Shown in pieces: positions 1 through 10,630 of a stretch of DNA of 39,081 nt. Source of the stretch: Polyangiaceae bacterium (lineage in GTDB: Bacteria; Myxococcota_A; Polyangia; Polyangiales; Polyangiaceae); contig DASTPP010000105.1 in NCBI GenBank assembly GCA_035762175.1, positions 1 through 39,081 on the forward strand, read 5' to 3'. The translations under genes were made by a program, and so were the position numbers. The notes beneath the pieces are model-generated. The model had not been told where the DNA came from, did not search any database, and saw nothing but the letters and a program-made list of their open reading frames with translations. Every line of letters starts with the position of its first letter. Position 1 is the first letter of the stretch.

Positions 1-2
1 GC

Positions 3-557
3 TCGCGCCGGCTGCGCTTCCCCGAAGAGCGCGAGGTCGTCATCACCGACACCGTCGGGTTCATCCGCGACCTGCCCGAAGACCTCTTCGCCGCCTTCCG
101 CGCCACCTTCGAAGAGGCCGCCGACGCCGACCTGCTCTTGCACGTCGTCGACGCCTCCGACCCCGCCCGCGGCGAGCACATTCGCACCACCGAGACGCTG
201 CTCACCGAGCTCGAGCTCTCTGACTTGCCCCGCCTCGTCGTCTACAACAAGGCCGACCTCATCGCCCCCGGCGAGGGCGAGCGCCTCGTCGCCGGCCGCG
301 CCAACGCCGCGCTCGTCTCGGCCCTGCACCGCGAGACCACCCGCGCCCTGCTCGACAAGATCGCCGCCCACCTCGCCGACCGCTGGCAGCAGGCCGAGCT
401 CGCCCCGCCCACGCTCGCGGCCGGCTCGCTGCCCCAGCCGTCCGTCGCGGCCGACGGCGCCGCGCCCGCCCCCCCCGACCACCGCAGCACCCTCGACGAA
501 CTGCGCGGCCCCCGCCGGGGTCGCCGCGCGGCCGCCCGCGTCAGCACCGTGCTTTAG
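3..557 (+). CDS. hflX: GTPase HflX, C-terminal fragment (5' end outside window)
   Basis: Frame-3 translation from position 3 reads '...[43 protein letters not shown]...'. This matches the conserved HflX G4/G5 region and C-terminal domain. The frame is open to the window edge, GC3 is high, and the stop TAG is at 555-557. Confidence 0.8.
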   Translation, partial: SRRLRFPEEREVVITDTVGFIRDLPEDLFAAFRATFEEAADADLLLHVVDASDPARGEHIRTTETLLTELELSDLPRLVVYNKADLIAPGEGERLVAGRANAALVSALHRETTRALLDKIAAHLADRWQQAELAPPTLAAGSLPQPSVAADGAAPAPPDHRSTLDELRGPRRGRRAAARVSTVL

Positions 558-993
558 CGCGAGCGCCACGACACCCGGATCAGGGCGGCCTGTCTTTGGC
601 GCGGGCGTCGGGCCGCCTGGGCTACGGCGACCTGGTGCTTTCGCGACGGCGCCAGGCCGCTCGGGTGCGGCAGCAGGCGTCGTTTTTTCGCGGGGGCCAG
701 CCGGCGCGGGTTTTGCTTACCAAGCCTCGCCGGCGGCCTCGCAAGCTGCCTGCGGAACCATGCTAAAAAACGTTCGGGTTCAAGTAGGGGTGTTTTTTTG
801 AACCCGCCCTTTGCGCGTCATGTCGCTCGGGCGGGGGTATTTTTTCACCCGCCGTCGGCGATCGAGCTCATGGTCCTTGGCCCGTTGAGAACGTCCTGGT
901 GAGCTTGCAAGCTCGAGCAGGGGTGTTTCTGCGGCCATGTCGGGTGCTCTCGGCCTTGAGTGTGGGTATGCACGTCGTGTACCCTCGGCGGCC

Positions 994-2637
994 ATGAGAG
1001 GCGTCGTTTTGCATCGTCGCGCCCTCGGGTGGCTTGCCTTGAGCTTGGCGGCGGTCGCTTGCCAAGAGGCAGAAGAAGACGTGGCGCCGGTCGAGGCGCC
1101 GCTTTGCACCGGCGAGGTCTCGCCGGGGCCCGCGCCGACGCGACGCCTCACCCGCTGGGAGTACAACAACACCGTCCGCGACCTGCTCGGCGACGAGACG
1201 CGCCCCGCCGACGCGTTCCCGGCCGACGAAGAGGCCCTCGGGTTTTCGAACAACGCGCTCGCCCTGACGACCTCGTCGACGCTGGTGCAGTCGTACATGC
1301 TGGCGTCCGAGGGGCTGTCCGAGCGGGCGACCGCGTCGCTGCCCGCGCTGCTGGGCTGCGACCCGGCGGCGGGCGAGGCCTGCGTCAAGCCCTTCGTCGC
1401 GTCGTTCGGGCGGCGGGCCTTCCGGCGGCCGCTCGCCGGCGACGAGGTCGAGGGCCTTCTCGGGCTCTACCGCGCGGCGAGCGCGGCGGGCGGGCCGCGC
1501 GAAGGGGTGCGCCAGATCATCGAGGCGATGCTCCAGTCGCCGCCCTTCCTCTATCGCCTCGAGCTCGAGGCGGCGCCCGAGGCCGGGGCGACCTCGCAGC
1601 CGCTCGGCCCCTGGCAGCTCGCCTCGCGGCTCTCGTACTTTCTGTGGGGCTCGATGCCCGACGACGAGCTCTTCGCCGCCGCCGACGCGGGGCGGCTCGG
1701 CACCCCCGACGAGGTGGCGGCGCAGGCGCGCCGCATGCTGGCCGACCCGAAGGCGCGCGAGCTGGTCCTGCGCTTCCACGAAGAGTGGCTCGACTACGAC
1801 CGCGTGCTCAGCGTCGGCCGGGGCAAGAGCGCGCAGTACTTCCCCGGCTGGGCGCCCGAGTACGCGCCGCTCATGCTCGAGGAGGCCCGCGCCTTCGTCG
1901 GGCACGTCGTCTTCGACGACCCGGCGGGCGACCTCGCGACGCTCTTGACCGCGCCCTACACCTTCGTCAACGGGCCGCTCGGCGCCTTCTACGGCTTCGA
2001 GGGCGCGCCCGCGGGCGAGGCCTTCGCGCGCGTCGAGCCGGGCGGGCGCGCGGGCGTCCTGACGCTCGGCGCGCTGTTGGCCTTCCACGCGCACTCCGAC
2101 CAGACCTCGCCCGTGCACCGGGGCCAGATGGTGCGCGAGCGCCTGCTCTGCGACCCGGTGCCGCCGCCGCCGCCCGAGTTCGACATCACGGTGCCCAAGG
2201 TCGACTCGGGCGCCACCGCGCGCGAGCGCTTCCGCGCCCACTCGCAGCAGCGCGTCTGCGCGGGCTGCCACGCGCTGCTCGACCCCGTCGGCTTCGGCTT
2301 CGAGAACTTCGACGGCGTCGGGCGCTACCGCGAGCTCGAGGCCGACGGCACGCCCGTCGACGCCTCGGGCAAGCTCACCGCGACCGACGTCGACGGCGAC
2401 TTCGTGGGCGTGCCCGCGCTCGCCGCCGCCCTCGCCCGGAGCGACCAGGTGCGAGGCTGTTACGTCACGCAGTGGTTCCGCTTCGCGCAGGGGCGCGCCG
2501 AGACCGAGCAAGACCGCTGCTCGCTCGAGGCGCTGCGCTCGGCCTTCGACGCCGCCGGCGGCAACGTCCGCGAGCTGCTCGTCTCGATGACCCAGACCGA
2601 CGCCTTCCTCTTCCGCCCGGCCGGGGGCGCGCCGTGA
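994..2637 (+). CDS. DUF1592/DUF1588/DUF1587-family (PSD1-like) lipoprotein
   Basis: ATG at 994 gives 'MRGVVLHRRALGWLALSLAAVAC', a lipoprotein signal with lipobox. Conserved blocks typical of the DUF1592/1588/1585 family are present: 'RLTRWEYNNTVRDLLG', 'FHEEWLDYDRV', 'CAGCHALLDPVGFGFENFDGVGRYR'. The family usually pairs with DUF1552. The stop overlaps the next gene start (GTGA). Confidence 0.75.
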   Translation: MRGVVLHRRALGWLALSLAAVACQEAEEDVAPVEAPLCTGEVSPGPAPTRRLTRWEYNNTVRDLLGDETRPADAFPADEEALGFSNNALALTTSSTLVQSYMLASEGLSERATASLPALLGCDPAAGEACVKPFVASFGRRAFRRPLAGDEVEGLLGLYRAASAAGGPREGVRQIIEAMLQSPPFLYRLELEAAPEAGATSQPLGPWQLASRLSYFLWGSMPDDELFAAADAGRLGTPDEVAAQARRMLADPKARELVLRFHEEWLDYDRVLSVGRGKSAQYFPGWAPEYAPLMLEEARAFVGHVVFDDPAGDLATLLTAPYTFVNGPLGAFYGFEGAPAGEAFARVEPGGRAGVLTLGALLAFHAHSDQTSPVHRGQMVRERLLCDPVPPPPPEFDITVPKVDSGATARERFRAHSQQRVCAGCHALLDPVGFGFENFDGVGRYRELEADGTPVDASGKLTATDVDGDFVGVPALAAALARSDQVRGCYVTQWFRFAQGRAETEQDRCSLEALRSAFDAAGGNVRELLVSMTQTDAFLFRPAGGAP

Positions 2638-4019
2638 GCCGCCCCCGCCTGCCCCGCCGCGCCCTCCTGCGGGGCGCCGGCGGCGTGCTCGTCTCGCTGC
2701 CGCTCTTCGAGAGCCTCGGCTGCGACGGCCGGCGGGGCCCGGCCCCGGGCGCCTCCAGGTCGCGCCTCGCCTTCCCCAAGCGCTTCATCGTCGTCTACAC
2801 GCCGAACGGCCAGTACGAGCCGCCCCCGACGCTCGACTTCGCCGGCACCACGTTCGAGCCGCTCGCGCCCTTCGTCCCGAAGCTCAACCTGGTGCGCGGG
2901 CTCGACATGTCGGTGCACGACGAGCCGCCCGGCGAGCCGCACCAGCAGGGCATGGCCTTCCTGACGGGGCGGCGGCTCAACGAGGGCACCTTCCTCGGCA
3001 GCGACTCGGCCTCGTACGCGGGCTGGGCGAGCGGCATCTCGGTCGACCAGGAGGTCGCCAAGGTGCTCTGCGTCGACACCCCCTACCGCTCGCTGCACCT
3101 CGGCGTCCAGTCGACGCTCTACGCCGGCACCGAGGTGCGCACCATCATCAGCTACGCCGGCTCCGACCAGCCCATCGCCAACGAGACGAGCCCCTTCGCC
3201 GTCTTCGACCGCATGTTCGCCCCCCTCGGCCCCGACGGCTCCGTCTCGGCCGAGCTGCGCGCGCGCCGCAAGTCGGTGCTCGACGTCGTCGGCAGGCAGT
3301 ACGAGTCGGTCAACGCCCGCCTCGGCGCCGCCGACCGGCAGAAGCTCGAGCAGCACCTCGCCTCCATCCGCGACGTCGAGGGGCGGCTGAGCCGGCAGGG
3401 CTCCTTCGTCGCCGCGGGCTGCAAGCGGCCCGAGCTGGGCGAGCCCGCCTTCGACCTGAACGATCCGGCCAATTTTCCCCTCATCGGCAAGCTGCAGACC
3501 GACCTGCTCGTCATGGCGCTCGCGTGCGATTTGACGCGCGTCGCCACCTTGCAGTGGTCCTCGTCGGCCAACAACCGGCCCTTCCCCTTCCTGAGCTACA
3601 ACGGCCAGCCCATCACCGGCGACGACCACCTGATGGGCCACTCGCCCGACTCGGACGTCGAGACCTGGGGCAAGCTCCGGGTCATCCGCCGCTGGTACCT
3701 CGAGCAGTTCGCCTACCTCCTGCGCAGCCTCGACTCCATCCAAGAGAGCGACGGCTCGACGATGCTCGACAACACCGCCGTCCTGCTCGGCAGCGAGCTC
3801 AGCCGCGGCAATACCCATAGCCACTCGAACATGAACTTCGTGCTGGCCGGCGGCGCCGCCGGCGCCTGGCGGACGGGCCGCTACCTCAACTACGAGGGCG
3901 TCGTGCCGCACAACAACCTGCTCGTCTCGATCCTCAACGGCATGGGCGTCGAGGGCACGACCTTCGGCGACCCCACCTACTGCACCGGGCCCCTCGCCGA
4001 ACTCACCCCGACGGGCTAG
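2634..4019 (+). CDS. DUF1552-domain protein with Tat-type signal
   Basis: GTG at 2634 overlaps the upstream stop, indicating translational coupling. The N-terminus 'VSRPRLPRRALLRGAGGVLVSLPLF' looks like a twin-arginine signal. The body ('FIVVYTPNGQ', 'WSSSANNRPFPF', 'GHSPDSD', 'THSHSNMNFVLAGG') matches the DUF1552 family that partners DUF1592 proteins. Confidence 0.75.
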   Translation: MSRPRLPRRALLRGAGGVLVSLPLFESLGCDGRRGPAPGASRSRLAFPKRFIVVYTPNGQYEPPPTLDFAGTTFEPLAPFVPKLNLVRGLDMSVHDEPPGEPHQQGMAFLTGRRLNEGTFLGSDSASYAGWASGISVDQEVAKVLCVDTPYRSLHLGVQSTLYAGTEVRTIISYAGSDQPIANETSPFAVFDRMFAPLGPDGSVSAELRARRKSVLDVVGRQYESVNARLGAADRQKLEQHLASIRDVEGRLSRQGSFVAAGCKRPELGEPAFDLNDPANFPLIGKLQTDLLVMALACDLTRVATLQWSSSANNRPFPFLSYNGQPITGDDHLMGHSPDSDVETWGKLRVIRRWYLEQFAYLLRSLDSIQESDGSTMLDNTAVLLGSELSRGNTHSHSNMNFVLAGGAAGAWRTGRYLNYEGVVPHNNLLVSILNGMGVEGTTFGDPTYCTGPLAELTPTG

Positions 4020-4140
4020 CGCGCCCGCCCGGCGCCGGGGCGGGGCCGCAGGCGGCGTTTTTTCGCTGCGGCCTACCTGGCAGTCGGCCTCGCTCCAAAG
4101 CCTCGCCTTCGGCCCCGCCCCGGCGCCGGGCGGGCGCGCG
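4019..4140. terminator. Bidirectional terminator-like inverted repeat between convergent genes
   Basis: A 28-bp perfect inverted repeat 'gcgcgcccgcccggcgccggggcggggcc' (4019-4047) and 'ggccccgccccggcgccgggcgggcgcgc' (4111-4139) encloses a nested hairpin 'ccgcaggcggcgttttttcgctgcgg' with a T6 run. It lies between the 3' ends of the DUF1552 gene (+) and the radical SAM gene (-). Confidence 0.45.
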
Positions 4141-4145
4141 AGCGA

Positions 4146-5195
4146 TTACGATCGGCCCGGGGGGTCGAAGAGCGAGAGCTGGGCGCCGGCCGGCGGCGGG
4201 CGCCGGAAGGTGCTCGGGGCGTCGCCCCCGTCGGGAAAGTGCGTGGGCAGGCCGAGGCGCCGGGCGTGGGCCTCGAAGAGCGCGTGCAGCGCCTCGACGT
4301 AGTGCCCCTCGCCCCGCATGCGCGCGCCGAAGCGGGGGTCGTTGAGGCGGCCGCCGCGCGCCTCGCGCACGCGGGCGAGCACGCGCTTCGAGCGCAGGGG
4401 CAGGGCGCGCTCGAGCCGCGCCGTGAACACCTCGCGGGTCGAGCCCGGCAGCCGCAAGAGGCCCCGGCAGGCCCAGCGCGCGCCCGCGTCGCGCGCCGCC
4501 TCGAGCAGCGGGCCGAGGTCTTCGTCGTTCAGCCCGGGGATGATGGGCGCGACCATCACGCCGACCGGCAGGCCCGCCGCCGCGAGCCGCGCGACCGCCT
4601 TGAGGCGCCGCGCCGGAGTCGGCACGTGGGGCTCGATCGCGCGCGCCTTCGCCTCGTCGAAGAAGGGCACGCTGACGGCCACCGCGACCCGCGCCTCGCG
4701 GTGCAGGCGCGCGAGCAGGTCGAGGTCGCGCTCGACGAGCGCGCCCTTGGTGATGACGCAGACGGGGTTCCGGAACTCGGCGCACACCTCGAGGCAGCCC
4801 CGCGTCAGCCGGTACGACGCCTCGAGCGGCTGGTAGCAGTCGGTCACGCCGCTGAAGGCGATGGGCTCGCCCCCCCACGAGGGCGCGAGCAGCGCCGCGC
4901 GCAGGAGCTCGGGCGCCCGCGGCTTGACGACGAGCTTCGTCTCGAAGTCGGTGCCGGCGCCGTAGCCGAGGTGCTCGTGGCCGGGGCGGGCGTAGCAGTA
5001 GGCGCAGGCGTGAAAACAGCCCCGGTACGGGTTCACGCTCCACCGGAAGCCGACGTCGGGGCTTTCGTTTTTCGTCAGAATCGTGCGGCTGTGGTCTTCG
5101 TAGACCTCGGGCGCCGCCGCGGGGGGCTCGCCGAGGTACTCGACGCTCGAAGAGAGCCAGGGGTTGGGCGGGTTTTCGGCCGGGGGCAGGGGCAT
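4146..5195 (-). CDS. Radical SAM protein, spore-photoproduct-lyase-like / DNA-repair photolyase family (COG1533-like)
   Basis: Contains the CxxxCxxC radical SAM cluster motif 'CFHACAYCYAR'. Overall pattern ('FETKLVVK', 'GVTDCYQP', 'VCVITKGALVERDLDLL') resembles the SplB-like radical SAM family. Good GC3. Confidence 0.7.
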   Translation of the reverse strand: MPLPPAENPPNPWLSSSVEYLGEPPAAAPEVYEDHSRTILTKNESPDVGFRWSVNPYRGCFHACAYCYARPGHEHLGYGAGTDFETKLVVKPRAPELLRAALLAPSWGGEPIAFSGVTDCYQPLEASYRLTRGCLEVCAEFRNPVCVITKGALVERDLDLLARLHREARVAVAVSVPFFDEAKARAIEPHVPTPARRLKAVARLAAAGLPVGVMVAPIIPGLNDEDLGPLLEAARDAGARWACRGLLRLPGSTREVFTARLERALPLRSKRVLARVREARGGRLNDPRFGARMRGEGHYVEALHALFEAHARRLGLPTHFPDGGDAPSTFRRPPPAGAQLSLFDPPGRS

Positions 5196-5330
5196 CGGGT
5201 GCTCAGACGTTCAGTATGCCGGGCGGGCGCCGGGGGGGCAATGCGCCGGGGCCCGTCGGCGGAAGCGGCCCGGGCGTTCGGGGGCGCCCCAAAGCACGCA
5301 ACCCGGGCGCGCCGCGGCCGAAGGGAGGGT

Positions 5331-5684
5331 ATGACCCCCAAGAAACGCCGCCCGGCCGCCTCGCTCTGGCTGGCCCTGCTCGCCGCGCCCGCTTGCCACG
5401 TCGTCCGCGACGACGCGCCCGCCCTGCTCGCGCAGGGCCGCTACGAAGACGCCCTCGACGCGCTGCGGGCGCGCGAGGCCGACGCGCGCTCGCTCGAGGG
5501 CCCCGAGCGGGCCCGCTACGCGCTCTACCGCGGCCTCGCGCACCTGGCGCTCGGTGACGGCCCGGCGGCCGGGCGCTGGCTCGGCGAGGCCAAGGCCTGC
5601 TTCGACGCCGACCCGCGCTGCCTGAGCGAGGCCGACGCGGGCCGGCTCGAGGGAGCGTGGCGCGGCATGGGGCGGGGGTTCTGA
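5331..5684 (+). CDS. Small hypothetical lipoprotein (TPR-like helical)
   Basis: ATG at 5331 is preceded by a strong RBS 'aagggaggg' (5321-5329). The N-terminus 'MTPKKRRPAASLWLALLAAPAC' is a lipoprotein signal. 117 aa, high GC3. Confidence 0.5.
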   Translation: MTPKKRRPAASLWLALLAAPACHVVRDDAPALLAQGRYEDALDALRAREADARSLEGPERARYALYRGLAHLALGDGPAAGRWLGEAKACFDADPRCLSEADAGRLEGAWRGMGRGF

Positions 5685-5743
5685 CGCGGGGCGGCGGGGC
5701 CTTGTGCCTTGGGGGGCCCCGCGTTCCGTCGTAGGGTTCGGCC

Positions 5744-7402
<1,659 letters not shown>

Positions 7403-7502
7403 GGCCGGGCCCGGGCGCCCCCGCGACCCCGGGCGACGAGCGCGGCCCCCGACGCGGCCGGGGGCCCGCCCCGGGGCCGCCGCCGGCCCGCGGGCGCCGC
7501 GC

Positions 7503-8111
7503 TCAGATCTCGCCGAAGAGGTCTTTCATGCGCGACTCGAGCGCGACGGCGATCTTGTACAGGCTGGGGATGGACGCCGACGACTCGGCCCGCTCGATCT
7601 GCGAGAGCAGCGAGACCGAGAGGCCCGTGCGCTTGCTCATCTGCTTGAGCGTGAGCGAGCGCTCTTTGCGAAGGTTGCGGATGGTGTCGCCGATGATGCG
7701 GTGCAGCTCTTCCTCGGGCGTGCGCGAGAAGCCCTTGCGCTTCATCACCCGGCTGATGGCCTCGCGCAGCTCTTCGACCTGGAAGGGCTTCTTGATGTAG
7801 TCGACCGCGTCGAGCTGCATGCCCGCCACCGCCGACTCGAGGTTCGGGTAGCCGGTGAAGAGAATGACGGCGATGTCCGAGTCTTGCTTGCGGATGGTGC
7901 GCAAGAGCGAGATGCCGTCGATTTCCGGCATCATGACGTCCAAGATGACGAGGTGGTAGTCTTCGCGGCGCAGCTCCTCCTCGGCCTTGCGCGGGTCGGT
8001 GAGGGTCTGGACGACGAAGCCGTCTTTGTCGAGCAGGGTCTTGACGTATTCGCAGATGGCTTCGTCGTCGTCGATCACGAGTATCCGCAGCGAGGGCATC
8101 TGGACGGGCAT
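7503..8111 (-). CDS. Response regulator with REC receiver domain and C-terminal XRE-family HTH DNA-binding domain
   Basis: 'LRILVIDDDEAICEYV...HLVILDVMMPEIDGISLL...AVILFTGY...YIKKPF' is a canonical receiver domain with the phospho-acceptor Asp. The C-terminal 'LRKERSLTLKQMSKRTGLSVSLLSQIERAE' is an XRE/Cro-like HTH. The ORF runs to 8147 (GTG). In-frame ATGs at about 8111 and 8099 are more likely starts. Transcribed divergently from cheA. Confidence 0.8.
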   Translation of the reverse strand: MPVQMPSLRILVIDDDEAICEYVKTLLDKDGFVVQTLTDPRKAEEELRREDYHLVILDVMMPEIDGISLLRTIRKQDSDIAVILFTGYPNLESAVAGMQLDAVDYIKKPFQVEELREAISRVMKRKGFSRTPEEELHRIIGDTIRNLRKERSLTLKQMSKRTGLSVSLLSQIERAESSASIPSLYKIAVALESRMKDLFGEI

Positions 8112-8324
8112 GGTGGGTCTCGCAAAAGGGGGGGTGTTTCCAGTCACACTAAAACCAGTGCGGTCCCAGGGTCAAACCCTATGCGCCGGGCCTCGCGCAG
8201 GGCCGGGTTTGGGGCTAGGGTGGCGGCCAATGGCTTCGGCGGTTCGGGGCGCGCAGGCGGCCCCCCGGCGCCCGAGGGCGCCAGAGCGCGTTCGCGAGGG
8301 TTGTGTCCTTCGTGGGGGCCCCGC

Positions 8325-8362
8325 CCGAGGTGCGTGAGGTGCGTAAGGGTGCGATAAACGCT
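8325..8362 (+). promoter_or_regulatory. Triplicated GTGCG(T/A)NA direct repeat immediately upstream of cheA (candidate operator)
   Basis: 'gaGGTGCGTGAgGTGCGTAAGgGTGCGATAAac': three copies at 9-10 bp phasing, 20-50 bp upstream of the cheA GTG start. RBS 'gaaggggg' follows. Confidence 0.35.
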
Positions 8363-8379
8363 CGCGCGAAGGGGGCGCC

Positions 8380-10629
8380 GTGAACGAAGGCGTCGACCGG
8401 GCGAGAGACGAGTTCTTCGCCGAGGCGCAAGAGATCCTCGAGACGCTCTCGCGCGATCTCTTGTCGCTCGACGACCGGCTGCGGGCGGGCGAGGGCGACC
8501 CCGAGCAGATCAACGACGTCTTCCGCGGGGTGCACACGCTGAAGGGGCTGGCGGGGCTCTTCGGCGCGCGGCGCATGAGCGTCCTGTCGCACGAGCTCGA
8601 AGACCTGCTCGACGAGCTGCGCCTGGGCAAGCGCCCGCTGACGCGCGACACGCTCGACCTGCTCTTCGAGGCGATCGAGGTCTACGGCAAGCTCTTGCAC
8701 CTCGAGAAGGCGGGCGACCGGGGCGCGGCGCCCGAGCTCGACGCGCTGCTCGCGCGGCTCGGGGCGGCGACGGGGTCGGCGGGGCCCTCGGCCGAGGGCT
8801 CGGCGTCGGGGGCGTACGACCTCGACCCGAACCTGCTCGCGGTGCTGACCGAGTACGAAGAGCACCGGCTGCGCACGAACCTGCAGAACGGCTCGACGCT
8901 CTACCGGCTGCACGCGCGGTTCCGGCTCGCGTCGATCGACCAAGACCTCGACGATCTGAAGGCGAAGGCGCGCGGGCTCGGCGAGATCATCACGTACCTG
9001 CCGACGGGCGAGGGGGGCGACGCCGAGTCGATCGACCTCGACGTGCTGCTGGCGTCGAAGGCGACGGCCGACCAGGTGCGCGAGGCGCTGGGCGCGGGGC
9101 TCATCATCGAGGCGATGGCGCGGCGGCCCTTGCCCGACCCGCCGGGGCGGGCGTCGGGCGGGGCGCTGCCGCCGCCCTCGCCGCCGCCGTCCGAGCCCCC
9201 GCCGCCGCCGCCGCCCCGGCTGAGCGACCTGCCGCCGCCGCCGGCGCGCCCGGGGCCGCTCTCGGTGCCGGCGCCGGCGCCGGCGCGGGCCGCGCCGGCC
9301 GAGGCGCTCGAGGCGCCGGGGCGGCCGGGCGAGGCGGCGCGGGCGGGCGAGGGGGGGGCGGCGGTGGCCCCGGCCGGGGGCGGGGGCGGGTCGCTGCGCT
9401 CGGTCAGCCAGACGGTGCGGGTCGACATCCGCAAGCTCGACCACCTGATGACCATCGTGGGCGAGCTCGCGATCGTGCGCTCGTCGCTCGCGCGCCTGAC
9501 CGAGCGGGTGCGCGCCAGCGGCGCGATGCGCGAGGTCGGCTTCGAGCTGCACCGGCTGCAGCGCTCGTTCGAGCGGCAGCTCGGCGCCATGCAGGACGGC
9601 ATCCTCGAGGTGCGCATGGTGCCGATCGGGCAGATCTTCAGCAAGCTCGAGCGCGTGGTGCGGCAGGCGGGGCGCGAGGCGGGCAAGCAGCTGAACCTGG
9701 TCATCACCGGCGGCGACACCGAGGTCGACAAGCTGATCGTCGAAGAGCTGAGCGACCCGCTCGTGCACATCGTGCGCAACAGCATCGACCACGGCATCGA
9801 GCCGCGCGACGACCGGCTGCGGGTGGGCAAGCCCGAGGCGGGCACGATCGCGATCAACGCCTTCCAGAAGGGCAGCCACGTGCTCATCGAGCTCGAAGAC
9901 GACGGCCGGGGCATGGACCCGAACCGCCTGCTGCGGGTCGCGGTCGAGCGGGGCTTTCTGCCCGAGCGCGAGGCGCTCGAGCTCGGCCCGAAAGAGATTC
10001 TGAACCTCATCTTCTTGCCCGGCTTCACGACCAAGAGCTCGCCCGACATGCTGGCGGGCCGGGGCGTCGGCATGGACATCGTGCGGACGAACATCGCCCG
10101 GCTCGGCGGCGTCATCGACGTGCACAGCGAGCTCGGCATCGGCACGAAGATGACCATCACGCTGCCGATCACGCTCGCCATCTTGAGCGTGCTCATCGTC
10201 GAGGTCGCGGGCCAGGCCTTCGCGCTGCCGCTCTCGCACGTGCAGGAGGCGCTCGTGTTCGACGAGCGCGGGGTGCGGGCGATCGACGGCCGCGAGACGA
10301 TGACGATGCGCGGGGCGACGTTGCCGCTCGTGCGGCTCGGCCGCCTCTTCGGGCTCGAGCGCGGGGGCGGCGAGGGGCGGGGGCGGGGCTTCGTCGTGGT
10401 GGTGAACTCGCACACCCGGCGCCTGGGCATCGTGGTCGACCGGCTCGAGGGCCAGCAGGACATCGTCATCAAGCCGCTCGGCGCCTCGCTGCGCCGGGTG
10501 CGGGGCTTCGCGGGCGCGGCGGACCTGGGCGACCAGCGGGTGGGCCTGGTGCTCGACGCGCCGGCCATCCTCGAGGAGGCGCTGGCCGGGGCCGATCTGG
10601 GCAAGGCGTCGCTCCTGGGGCGGGCTTAA
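8380..10629 (+). CDS. cheA: Chemotaxis histidine kinase CheA
   Basis: N-terminal HPt domain 'FFAEAQEILETL...VFRGVHTLKGLAGLFG' with the phospho-His. A long Pro-rich linker follows. Dimerisation region 'TVRVDIRKLDHLMTIVGELAI', HATPase_c ('HIVRNSIDHGIE', 'ELEDDGRGMD', 'GRGVGMDIV') and C-terminal CheW-like domain are all present. No receiver domain. Confidence 0.92.
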   Translation: MNEGVDRARDEFFAEAQEILETLSRDLLSLDDRLRAGEGDPEQINDVFRGVHTLKGLAGLFGARRMSVLSHELEDLLDELRLGKRPLTRDTLDLLFEAIEVYGKLLHLEKAGDRGAAPELDALLARLGAATGSAGPSAEGSASGAYDLDPNLLAVLTEYEEHRLRTNLQNGSTLYRLHARFRLASIDQDLDDLKAKARGLGEIITYLPTGEGGDAESIDLDVLLASKATADQVREALGAGLIIEAMARRPLPDPPGRASGGALPPPSPPPSEPPPPPPPRLSDLPPPPARPGPLSVPAPAPARAAPAEALEAPGRPGEAARAGEGGAAVAPAGGGGGSLRSVSQTVRVDIRKLDHLMTIVGELAIVRSSLARLTERVRASGAMREVGFELHRLQRSFERQLGAMQDGILEVRMVPIGQIFSKLERVVRQAGREAGKQLNLVITGGDTEVDKLIVEELSDPLVHIVRNSIDHGIEPRDDRLRVGKPEAGTIAINAFQKGSHVLIELEDDGRGMDPNRLLRVAVERGFLPEREALELGPKEILNLIFLPGFTTKSSPDMLAGRGVGMDIVRTNIARLGGVIDVHSELGIGTKMTITLPITLAILSVLIVEVAGQAFALPLSHVQEALVFDERGVRAIDGRETMTMRGATLPLVRLGRLFGLERGGGEGRGRGFVVVVNSHTRRLGIVVDRLEGQQDIVIKPLGASLRRVRGFAGAADLGDQRVGLVLDAPAILEEALAGADLGKASLLGRA

Positions 10630-10630
10630 T

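Noticed and set aside
558-993. tRNA or tmRNA gene in the long hflX-downstream spacer
   Set aside because: No T-loop (GTTCRANYC) or acceptor-stem pairing could be found. The hairpins are followed by T-runs, which is more consistent with terminators or sRNA.
868-2511. 547-aa minus-strand ORF antisense to the DUF1592 gene. Similar long ORFs include 2460-3911(-), 8215-10413(-), 8901-10604(-), 25171-27246(-), 25368-27905(+), 30722-34357(-), 33813-36560(-) and 34772-37609(+).
   Set aside because: They are Arg/Ala/Pro/Gly-dominated low-complexity translations with no GC3 enrichment of their own. Each lies antisense to, or out of frame with, a gene that has clear motifs. This is the expected artefact of about 72% GC DNA.
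960-4019. Single 1019-aa ORF spanning both the DUF1592 and DUF1552 genes
   Set aside because: The first 1670 nt of this frame is the out-of-frame Arg-rich shadow of the DUF1592 gene. The real protein begins at GTG 2634, where the twin-arginine signal and the DUF1552 similarity start.
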